From positions 124,001 to 188,000 of the forward strand of contig NIVC01000524.1 in the NCBI GenBank assembly GCA_002269645.1: DNA of 64,000 nt. Reading direction: 5' to 3'. The position numbers and the translations under genes were made by a program. Source of the stretch: Macrostomum lignano (taxonomy: Eukaryota). Shown here piece by piece: positions 1 through 30,434 of the stretch. The notes under the pieces were generated by a model, which saw only the letters and a list, made by a program, of their open reading frames with translations, did no database searches and was not told the origin of the DNA. Each line of letters opens with the position of its first letter. Position 1 is the stretch's first letter.

Positions 1-579
1 ACTTTTTATTACTGCTTCATCGATCATATTAGTAGTATGCATAGATTATTATACATCTCATGAGCATATTGTTTTGTGAAATTAATCTATTCTTTTAAAA
101 GTTTCACTAATAACTTTGACATTTTCGAGTCTGCTTTTATTGTCGCTGAGCTCGCTGCTTCGAATTTTGCTCTCAGTTTTATTTAACTAAACTTTTATAG
201 ATGAGTAAAATTGTAAATAAAATAGTATTTGGATCGGATTTTCTATGTTGATAGAAGGGCACTTCTAAACTGAATTAGTCTGAGCTAAATGTGCAAACTG
301 CAGCTAGCGCTACTCATATCAGTAGCGACGCCACAATTTAACATAAATAATTATTGGACTGTATTTAAACTGTGCTTGAGATTGTAATAATTTGTTTGTG
401 ACCGTTGCTGCACTATAAATATACGTAGTTTGTAATAAGATGCGTTTTTATTAAATCTGCATTACTGCGTCCCGCCGCCCAATCACTGGGGAGGAAATCG
501 CGTCAGTACCCCACCCAATGCGCCCGTGCCCTGCTTTGCTGCTGTCAATCTGACCTCCTTTGTAGAGAGATCTATCTGA

Positions 580-1212
580 CAGAGGGGAAGGCTGGAGATT
601 AGATCAGGGAGGAGAGAGATGAACGGGACCGGAAGGCTGGAGATTAGATCAGGGAGGAGAGAGATCTACGGGAGAGGGGGGAAGGCTGGAGATTAGATCA
701 GGGAGGAGAGAGATCTACGGGAGAGGGGGAAGGCTGGAGATTAGATCAGGGAGGAGAGAGATCTACGGGAGAGAGGGGAAGGCTGAAGATTAGATCAGAG
801 TGGAGAGAGATCTACGGGAGAGAGGGGAAGGCTGGAGATTAGATCAGAGAGGAGAGAGATCTACGGGAGAGAGGGGAAGGCTGGAGATTAGATCAGAGAG
901 GAAAGATGGAAAGGCTAGTGATTAGATCAGAGAGGAGCGAGATCTATGGGACCGGAAAGCTGAAGATTAGATCACGGAGGAGAGAGATCTATGGGAGAGC
1001 GGGGAAGGCTGGAGATTAGATCAGGGAGGAGAGAGATCTATGGGAGAGAGGGGAAGGCTGGAGATTAGATCAGGGAGGAGAGAGATCTACGGGAGAGGGG
1101 GGAAGGCTGGAGATTAGATCAGGGAGGAGAGAGATCTACGGGAGAGAGGGGAAGGCTGGAGATTAGATCAGAGAGGAGAGATGTACAGCAAAAGGGGAAA
1201 GGCTAGAGATTA
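580..1212. repeat. Minisatellite, ~48-49 bp purine-rich unit (GAAGGCTGGAGATTAGATCAGGGAGGAGAGAGATCTACGGGAGAGGGG), about 13 copies
   Basis: Unit starts recur at 681, 729 and 778, read directly from the sequence. Confidence 0.95.
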
Positions 1213-1715
1213 GATGATAGGAATTTTTATATTGAGTTGAGGATTAACTGAGAGCTGATCAGAGGCTTTTAATATCGAGATGAGGGCTGCACTGTCCCAC
1301 GGGGCAGTGCAGCCGAAATCGCGACAAAATGAAAAAAATATTATAAAGCTGCTGTCACCACATCGTTCACATGTGAACACCCAAGTGTATTCGTTAGAGA
1401 CTCCCGACCGAGCAAGCTTTACTGCAATATATTGATAAATTTGTCTGCCAGGGTTCTTAGCATAAGTTAGCATCTTGCAGTTTAAGAGCAAAATTGTTAT
1501 AAAACCAGTATTTAGAGGGAAAATTCCCTCGAGTATTTTCACATGCATCGGATACATGTCTGCAATAAAACGGAAAGCAAAAAAAACAAATTAAGGCAAA
1601 GCAGTACCTATGCGTCTCTCATGTAGCAAAATACAGATCACAGAAGTCTTCACATCAACAGAAATCAAAATTGTAGCACGCAGTAAAGAGTTGCGGTGCG
1701 GCCTTTTCACAACAG

Positions 1716-3093
1716 TCACGCGCATTTCCACAGAATGATGGCCATGTTGCCGCCGAAGAACATGTACATGAGGTTTTTCAACTCGTGCGTGATCTCGAAT
1801 CCGTAGCCTTCGCCGACTACCGCGTGCCAGGCCGGCCCGAACTTCTTGTCCATGCTGTCCTTGATCATGCGTGCTGCCGACTGTGGAAGGATATTTCGAA
1901 GCGTATGTTATATTCCTATTGCACTACTCATTATTAGTAGGCGACCAGATAATCTTTACCTCGTTGTTTGATGCGAATTTTTCGCACGCGGTAACGCAGA
2001 GCTCCATTGCTTCTGTTCGCATTTCTTCGTTCATGTCGGAATACTGCGTAAGAGGGAAGAGATTGTTCAAGAGTAAAATTGTGTGTTTGAATGGGAAATT
2101 AATTCCGAAGATCTGATAAAACAAATTGAAACTATCAAACAATAAAATTTAACGTAATTAATCTATAAATTTTTATTGATGGTCCTAGAAGTTTGAAAAA
2201 AGGCAACAATTCAGCAAACAATACATTGAAGCAGAAAGTTGAACAGGTTATTATCATCATAATTAAGCACTTGCATTCGTGTAATTATTATTGTTAATTA
2301 GGTTCAAAAAAGATATCTCATAAGTGCTAACTTGGCACCTGGGAGGTTCCACTTGATAAAGCTGTTCAATAATAACTTTAATACATAGAATTAGATGACT
2401 TGACTGTAAAATCAATCTAATATCTAAACTCAAAATAAGATATATGTATACAATTAGCATAACCAATAAGATGTTTTTTGTTCTGTGCTTTTTAAGTTTC
2501 TATGATTATGCCAAAACAAAAAAAATAGAAAAAAATTATAAACTTTAGTACATTAAGTTTTTAAAAACCTCTACATTTTAAATATTTAAAAGTAGATTAA
2601 CACTGTGTTCTATTGCTATCTTTAAATGTTTTTACAAATTTATTGCACCAATCGAGTGAAGTGAATGTTATAGCTATTTTTCTTTTATAGTTTATACTTA
2701 TAGCAGAAACAAAAAATGATTAAAAGAATACTCGTATCTTGTGCTTTAAAGATAAATTATTATTGATTTCCTAATTTTCGTAGTCTTTTTATTATAACTG
2801 AAACACGCGTATTAAATTTTAGCAATACTGTTTTTACAAAAGCTAATAAACTATGGGTCTTTCCTTACGCTTTAGGGGAATATTTCTAATATATTTATTA
2901 CATGTTAAAGCAAAGCTATCCTTATTAAAAATATAGACTATCTAGAGTAGACTAAATATAGAAGTATAAATACTATTTTGCCCACATCAAAGAAAAAAGG
3001 TGTAATTCGAATACAAATATTTCTTACTCGAACAAGAGGATATGTATGCACGCGGCGACTTTCTTCAGCCTTCTTCTCTCCCTCCTCTGCCAT
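1716..3093 (-). CDS. DNAL4: Axonemal dynein light chain 4, 104 aa; exons 3093-3028, 2043-1960, 1880-1716
   Basis: Three phase-0 exons with GT-AG introns give MAEEGEKKAEESRRVHTYPLVR/YSDMNEEMRTEAMELCVTACEKFASNNE/SAARMIKDSMDKKFGPAWHAVVGEGYGFEITHELKNLMYMFFGGNMAIILWKCA*. This closely matches the DNAL4 sequence as recalled (PLVRHSDM..ELCVTACEKF..MDKKFG..WH.V.GEG.GFEITHE..WKC). Confidence 0.95.
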
Positions 3094-3211
3094 TGTTAGT
3101 ATTTAATTTGTATATCTTAAAAGCTGAAAGCGTTGCTGCAGGCAAAGCGGGTTAAGTTCAACTGTTCGGCTGATAAATTTTGTAAAGCGAACATTTAAAT
3201 AAAAAAACGCC

Positions 3212-3225
3212 GTTGCCGTGGAAAC
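3212..3225. promoter_or_regulatory. RFX X-box motif GTTGCCGTGGAAAC, ~120 bp upstream of the DNAL4 start codon
   Basis: Matches the 14-bp X-box pattern (GTTGCCATGG(C/A)AAC type) and lies in the proximal promoter of a ciliary gene. Confidence 0.7.
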
Positions 3226-3994
3226 AAAAGTTAAAACAAAAGTGGAGCTTCAGACAAAAGCAGCTGAAGTACTTCATTTATATTGATTTAAACTGCTAGC
3301 TTGATAAAATTAAATCTTTAAAATGAAGTTACAGATGTCTGTATTTGTTTAAAAGACCACGCTTGCAACTAATTTTATATTCTAGTGCCTCCATGCTACT
3401 ATTAAGTTTTTTTTATTGAAATGGTGCTTCAGTTAGAAATACAGTTTTTTACTGGATCAGCAGGTGTTCCGTGCTCTTTTCAAATTCAAGCAATCGATTA
3501 TAAACCATGAATAAACATTAATTCTCACATGTTTCATATATAGAATTATGGACTCACTACAGTCATGTACAGTTCTGCATGTTAATTCAATTGAGTTAGC
3601 AGAATTGAGCAACAATCAATTCATTTACGCGTTAAAGACTATATAATAATCATATTTCTGGTTTCTTATTAGTTCGATCTTTACGGCTGTAATTGATTAT
3701 CTCGTGATCGAAAGCATATACATGTACGAGCGTGATTGCAGCTCCGTCAAAAAGATAAATAAGAACGTATGAGAAAAAATTGTGTCAAACATCAACATTA
3801 TTTTAAAGCAAATGAAAGACATGTTTTGCAGGAACTTATAAAAAACACTCTCGTTATGAAATCACTTTCAATCAAGCTCTAGCTGTGTGTGTGGCATGAA
3901 ACACATGTGAATGGACTAATAGCTCTAACAGTACATGGCGCGTTGCTTTTCTCCCTATTTACAATTGCTGCTCTGCAGTTTTCTCAGAAAAAGG

Positions 3995-4246
3995 CTACAA
4001 TGAAGTCGAATTCTCTTCAAATTGCTTAACATGCAGCACAACTATCTGCTTCTGCTGCTGTTGTTTTTGTTGCTGCTCTTGCTGGGTAGGATTTGGTTGC
4101 TGAGCCGGCTGCTGCTGCGGCTCCACCCGACGGGAACCTTTCCGGTGTCGGTGGACGCCACAGGCCAGTCCCACTCCGGCCAGGCCGAGAAAGAATCCCA
4201 GCACAGACAGGCCGATGATAAGGCTGAGGTTGGGTGGCTGCATCAT
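3995..4246 (-). CDS. Possible small single-pass membrane protein or terminal exon (83 aa ORF: hydrophobic segment, basic stop-transfer motif, Gln-rich tail)
   Basis: LSLIIGLSVLGFFLGLAGVGLACGV followed by HRHRK. GC-rich and exon-like, but no upstream exon in a compatible phase was found. Confidence 0.35.
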   Translation of the reverse strand: MMQPPNLSLIIGLSVLGFFLGLAGVGLACGVHRHRKGSRRVEPQQQPAQQPNPTQQEQQQKQQQQKQIVVLHVKQFEENSTSL

Positions 4247-4305
4247 CGGATGCTGGGCATCTGATAGAGGTGCCGACGGGGCGGTGATTGTTGAGTGCTT
4301 TCTTC

Positions 4306-4306
4306 C

Positions 4307-4363
<57 letters not shown>

Positions 4364-4380
4364 GCCTGTCTGTCTGTCGC

Positions 4381-4463
<83 letters not shown>

Positions 4464-4480
4464 GCCTGTCTGTCTGTCGC

Positions 4481-4543
<63 letters not shown>

Positions 4544-4615
4544 GCCTGCTTGCCTGCCTGCCTGTCTGTCTGTCTGTCTGTCTGTCTATCTGCCTGCCTG
4601 CCTGCCTGCCTGCCT
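4306..4615. repeat. (TCTG)n / (GACA)n microsatellite
   Basis: Tetranucleotide array read directly. Confidence 0.97.
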
Positions 4616-5459
4616 TCCTGTATGGGTGTACTGCATGTACAGTACAATGGCGCTGACTTTCTACTCGTCATGCTGGTATGTACAAATTGTACACTCGATC
4701 TGTGCCTTAAGCGCTGGCTTTCAGTGGCGAAAATCGCACAACCCGGCCAATTTTCGTGCACACAATTGCCCCAAATCAATTTGACCGCTTATGGAACCGA
4801 ACCCTGGGGGTTTATCGCTGAGCTGCTCTGCCTCAGCTCCACACGGCTTACACAGTTACAGCACAGGCTAGGCAGCCGGTGAAAAGTTCTCGTCGCGAAG
4901 AATCCAGCAGCTGGCACCAGCGAGTTCATTGCTCCGCCATCGGCTGCTGCATGCAGTTTCCGTACGATTTTGCTGCGTGCGTCGCTCCAATCCGGCGGAG
5001 GAATGAGCGGGGCGCGAGGCCGCGGTTTTATCCTGATTTATGCAGCTGCTGCGTTGTTCAATAGAGCAGATGTCTGCCTATATGCACACTCATTAGCCAT
5101 TCAGATCACTGCAGCATCCCCCCGGTCTTTGTTTTCCCTTTCGCTGAGCCCGATTGCAGGCACTGTTTTGAGCAGGCTTGAGCTGCATGGTGGGGGGGAA
5201 TGAAAAATAGCAGGTGGCTCACAAAATTTCACGTAGATGGGATTAGTAGAATTGCAAATTAGACAAGCGTTGCATGGCAGCTGAACCCGCTACTACAGTA
5301 ATCAAGTAGAGCTAGGCTTGGCAGTACAATGTAACGACATTGTGGCAACGATGTAAAGGTTAATTAATGATGTGCAGTTAGAGCAGCGAAAGTGCAAGTC
5401 GATCTCGATGGCGCCAAAATTAATTTAAAATGTAGCGTTGAAGTACAGATGATGCCAGA

Positions 5460-6890
5460 ATGAGGATGGCGCCAATATGAATGAAGATGGCGCCAATATG
5501 AATGGGGATGGGCGCCAAAATGAGTGAGGATGACGCCAATATGAGTGAGGATGGCGCCAAAATGAGTGAGAATGGCGCCAAAATGAATCAGGATGGCACC
5601 AAAATGAATGAAGATGGCGCCAAAATGAATCAGGATGGCACCAATATGAATGAGGATGGCGCCAAAATGAATGAGGATGACGCCAAAATAAGTGAGAATG
5701 GCGCTAAAATAAGTGAGAATAGCGCCAAAAAAGGTGAGAATGGCGCCTAAATAAGTGAGAATGGCGCCAAAATGAATGAAGATGGCGCCAAAATGAATCA
5801 GGATGGCGCCAATATGAGTGAGGATGGCACCAAAACGAATAAGGATGGTGCCAAAATGAGTGAAAATGGCGCCAAAATGAATGAGGATGGCGCCAAAATG
5901 ATTGAGAATGGTGCCAAAATGAATGAAGATGGCGCCAAAATGAATCAGGATGGCGCCAAAATGAGTGAAAATGGCGCCAAAATAAATGAGGATGGCGCCA
6001 AAATGAATCAGGATGGCGCCAAAATGATTGAGAATGGTGCCAAAATGAATGAAGATGGCGCCAAAATGAATCAGGATGGCGCCAAAATGAGTGAGAATGG
6101 CGCCAAAATGAATGAGGATGGCGCCAATATGATTGAGGATGGCGCCAAAATGAGTGAAAATGGCGCCAAAATGAATGAGGATGGCGCCAAAATGAATCAG
6201 GATGGCGCCAAAATGATTGAGAATGGTGCCAAAATGAATGAAGATGGCGCCAAAATGAATCAGGATGGCGCCAAAATAAGTGAGAATGGCGCCAAAATGA
6301 ATGAAGATGGCGCCAAAATGAATCAGGATGGCGCCAATATGATTGAGGATGGCACCAAAACGAATAAGGATGGCGCCAAAATGAGTGAGGATGGCACCAA
6401 AACGAATATGGATGGCGCCAAAATGAGTGAGAATGGCGCCAAAATGAATGAGGATGGCGCCAAAATAAGTGAGGATGGCACCAAAACGAATAAGGATGGC
6501 GCTAAAATGAGTGAGGATGGCACCAAACCGAATCAGGATGGCGCCAAAATGAGTGAGAATGGCGCCAAAATGAATGAGGATGGCGCCAAAATGAATGAGG
6601 ATGGCGCCAAAATAAGTGAGAATGGCGCCAAAATGAATGAAGATGGCGCCGAAATGAATCAGGATGGCGCCAATATGATTGAGGATGGCACCAAAACGAA
6701 TAAGGATGGCGCCAAAATGAATGAGGATGGCGCCAAAATAAGTGAGAATGGCGCCAAAATGAATGAGGATGGCGCCAAAATAAGTGAGAATGGCGCCAAA
6801 ATGAGTGAGAATGGCGCCAAAACGAATGAGGATGGCGCCAAAATGAGTGAGGATGGCGCCAATATGAATGTCGATGGCGCCAAAATTGAT
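5460..6890. repeat. 21-bp minisatellite (ATGAATGAGGATGGCGCCAAA and variants), ~1.4 kb
   Basis: 7-aa periodicity (MNEDGAK) in the ORF track and direct reading. Confidence 0.96.
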
Positions 6891-7698
6891 TTTGGTGGTT
6901 TACATGTGATGAACCTCAATTGTGCTAAAGTAGACTGTAGCAAAGGAGAATCAGCAGATAAATCTAAACGTTTAAATTTTGTCATGCCGGCAGCTGTCCC
7001 GATCCAAGCCTCTCACTTTATAAAATTTATAGAACAATATTATCCGGTGGAGAGCATCTTGCAAGTTTGCAGTGGGTAAAATCCTTTATAGACTGATATT
7101 TATCATGTGAAGATTTATAAATTTATTTATGCATACGACAGAAAAGAATCTCAAACGACAAACGAAAAAAGACAGACGACACATAAAAACACGGAGACAA
7201 AACAGAAAATGTTTCATAAAAAAATACGCAGATTAGCTGACTAAAAACAACAGCAGTATTAGTGAGTATAATATGTAAAATATTGCCAATATACAATTAA
7301 TTACAAGCGACTAGTAAACTGTGTGCGCATATATATTAATAAGAGTAGTCAATAAAGCCATGCAATGCGATTTTTTTGCGACTCTTGATAAAATCCGTGC
7401 GAAGTTATTAATATTGCACAATTAAATTGCGATCAAAACACGATACGAATTCGTATACTACTGACACAGTAGCTTAAAGTAAGTAGTGCGGTTAAGAAAA
7501 TAAAATTCGTTTAAACGTGGGCAATAAGCCAGGCTGCTTAAGCAGTGCAGTTTAGTGCAGTTCAAGGTGCACAAAATGCAGCCGGTCTCTGCTAGCTTTA
7601 GACAAAACATGTAAGCAAGCTGTTGAGTTATGCAGAGAAAAGTAGGAACTCACGTTTTCAGAATAATTAGCTCAGTAACCAGTCTAACAATTAGTTTA

Positions 7699-8292
7699 GG
7701 CAACCCCGATATCTGAGGTGCGGCAACCCCAATATCTGAGGTGCGGCAACCCCAATATCCGAGGTGCGGCAACCCCAATATCCGAGGGAGTGGCAACCCC
7801 CAATATCTGAGGGAGTGGCAACCCCCAATATCTGAGGGAGTGGCAACCCCCAATATCTGAGGGAGTGGCAACCCCCAATATCTGAGGGAGTGGCAACCCC
7901 CAATATCTGAGGGAGTGGCAACCCCCAATATCTGAGGGAGTGGCAACCCCCAATATCTGAGGGAGTGGCAACCCCCAATATCTGAGGGAGTGGCAACCCC
8001 CAATATCTGAGGGAGTGGCAACCCCCAATATCTGAGGGAGTGGCAACCCCCAATATCTGAGGGGTGCGGCAACCCCAATATCTGAGGGAGTGGCAACCCC
8101 CAATATCTGAGGGAGTGGCAACCCCCAATATCTGAGGGAGTGGCAACCCCCAATATCTGAGGGAGTGGCAACCCCCAATATCTGAGGGGTGCGGCAACCC
8201 CAATATCTGAGGGGTGCGGCAACCCCAATATCTGAGGGGTGCGGCAACCCCAATATCTGAGGGGTGCAGCAACCCCAATATCTGAGGGAGTG
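7699..8292. repeat. 24-25 bp minisatellite (GGGAGTGGCAACCCCCAATATCTGA)
   Basis: Direct reading. Confidence 0.95.
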
Positions 8293-8675
8293 TCAAGTCT
8301 GTGCGGTAATTTTAATTGACAAACAATATTGATATTGTTAGGTTAAGAGTTGAGTATAACACATAAAATACTACACAGTAATACTAAGGAATAATTAGGA
8401 TGCAAAACAAACATAGAAATTTGATTCAATTCGCATACAATGGCCCCAGAAATACACAAGCAGAGCTCAACAATTGAGTGCCTTATTAAATTAGCATGAT
8501 AATAATAATAGCAATTCACATGCAAAATAACAGCAATCTGTAATTACAAAAAAACACAATAATTTAAACTGTCCGAATTAAAAACAGACATCTCTTGATT
8601 GACTGACAGATAAATTGTTACAAAAAGCATGCCGGTTAAATCCAAATCCAACAACAAGTTCTGAATATGCAACAG

Positions 8676-28210
<19,535 letters not shown>

Positions 28211-30145
28211 TTAATTTCTGCAATCAGATGATTATTAAGCAGGTCCAGCAGTGGTGCAAAATTTTATTTATGTTTTAGTTCCAAGAAATATTTTAATTAG
28301 TTGTCGTGAAATTGAAATGCCATTTGTGCAGCTACTCATATTAGAATATTAAATTGAGATTAAATTCTGATAAGTAGAAACTGTACATTTATATATAAAA
28401 ATTTTTTGAGTTTTGAAATGAAGTACATTAGATACAAATGGGTGTTTTGCATTAGTATAGCTGTAGCCTATAGGAATAGAATGCCATGGCAGCTATGATA
28501 AATTTTGGTAAGGGGCCATAGCCTAAATAGTCTAACATAGCACTCTTATATGCTAATAGCCTAGGCTTAATTCCAAATGTGGTCACATTAATTCAAGGCA
28601 ATTAATGCCTTTGAAGGCCAACCCCAAGGCATAGTGAGGTGTATATGCCTCAGTTGGATTCATGACTTTTATGTTAGTGGTTTGATAATAGCAAGGCAAA
28701 TAGCCAAAAGTTTTGTAATATGTATCTATTGTAAAATAAACAAATATACTAATAAACAAATGATGTTAAAATGTATTACAATAAAATACAGAACATTAAA
28801 ATGAGGGTCTTGTTTCACCATTCATGTCCCATACAATGAGCACTTGCATAATTTATTAAAAATATCTTAAAGGTTTTTAAAATATTATAAATACTTTAAT
28901 TTTAAACTGAATTAAATTATGTTTTATTTTCTTTATTTTATGTATACATGTTTATTTAGTGGCGCGTGCCAAAAAATTTTCATGCGCTCTGTGTGCAACA
29001 GTTTTGGTAATGACAATTTTATTATTTTAAACTGAATGTCTCACAATGATAGCAAAATGTACATAGTAATCTTTTTGTATGTCTGAAATAAGGAGAACAA
29101 TTTTTTGTGTGATGCAGTACAATTTTAAGGCATTTATTTATATGATAAATTATATAATAAATACAAACCATAGTATTGTGGCGGCCAGACTACGTGACCG
29201 GCAGCACCAGTGCAGCCGCACTGGAAACCCCCCGCCTCTGTCTAGCTGAGGTGGGGTGGGTGCGCGCCAAGCTAGCCGGCTTGCTAAGCAAGGGGGGTTG
29301 GCGTAGCCAATCACGCCACGCCACATGTGCGCACCTCCCTCGGCCCCTCAATAATCTCGCGCTGTTTTCACTTGTATAAATATACGCGCAATGCAGTGCA
29401 ACATCTTCGCTGCCATTCCATCTATTGAAACTAAAAGGCCTTCCGCCTCAGTATTTTGTTTAAGTGTTTCTTTTTTGTTTCTTTAAATTGTGTCTTGCAT
29501 GAATTATTAATGCAAGCTTAAGTATCCCTTGCTTACCTAGTTTATTATGGATAGTTTCTTTTTTGCATTTTAAATCCCTTGTTAAAATTATCTCTCAATT
29601 TACATTTGTTTTTTCCCACAAATATAAATCAACCATTTCTGTTTTCTATTTTTTATTCCTAGCTTAATAATTGCATATTTTTATTTGCTACTTTTACTTT
29701 ACTCAACTGTACTTTACTACATTGTATTAAGCTTAGTTTTTGGTATTTTCTATAAAAATGGAATGGAAAATTGCATTTCATGGTAGAATTTTAGGATGCT
29801 TATTTTGTAAAGTCAGGATGCAATTTTAAGGCTGATGTGCATAGCCTGCCATAGGAAAATCTGAAAATTTAAGACTAGATTTTTAATTTTCTTTCATATT
29901 ACAATTGGCAATTGGCAAACCTGTGGAGAATTTGTTCCACTGGGTTGCTTGCAACATGAACAATGTGCAGGTCAGTCATAGGTTGTTGCTTAGTTAAGTA
30001 AAATTAGTTAGGATTAGTAGCATAGGACTAGTTATTTCAGGCTTATTGAACCCCTATGACCCAATACTACAGGAGATTGTCAGCTTCGCATGTGCCGTGC
30101 TGAGCCAGCCCTCCAGAAGCTGCACACTAGCATAGCTGCCACCTA

Positions 30146-30434
30146 GATACATGCACAATCTCCAAAATTTGGTTGGCCATGCAACTTAGTTTTAACAAAA
30201 AATGCAATGTAGTTTTTGGCCAAAAATGTGAATTACATGTAAAAGAAACCCTAAAGCAAAATTTACACAACTTTGGGTAAACAGCAGGAGTAACCTTGAC
30301 TGTCTTATTAAGGCAAAATGCCTCATTATCTACTTAGTACTACTTAAGTATTTATTTGGGTGAGCATTTTTGCGACTTACCTTGGTTGGCTGCCAAATTG
30401 GTTGGCTGGATCAGCCGACTGTTGCACATGTATG
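30146..30434. mobile_element. Old, internally deleted ~290 bp relative of the 32933-35241 element
   Basis: Ends GATACATGCACAAT and GTTGCACATGTATG. The internal sequence aligns by eye to both ends of the younger element, with CpG transitions. No intact TSD. Confidence 0.7.

Noticed and set aside
3095-3101. TACTAAC branch-point consensus (minus strand) just before the DNAL4 ATG
   Set aside because: No acceptor AG follows before the start codon, so it is likely chance.
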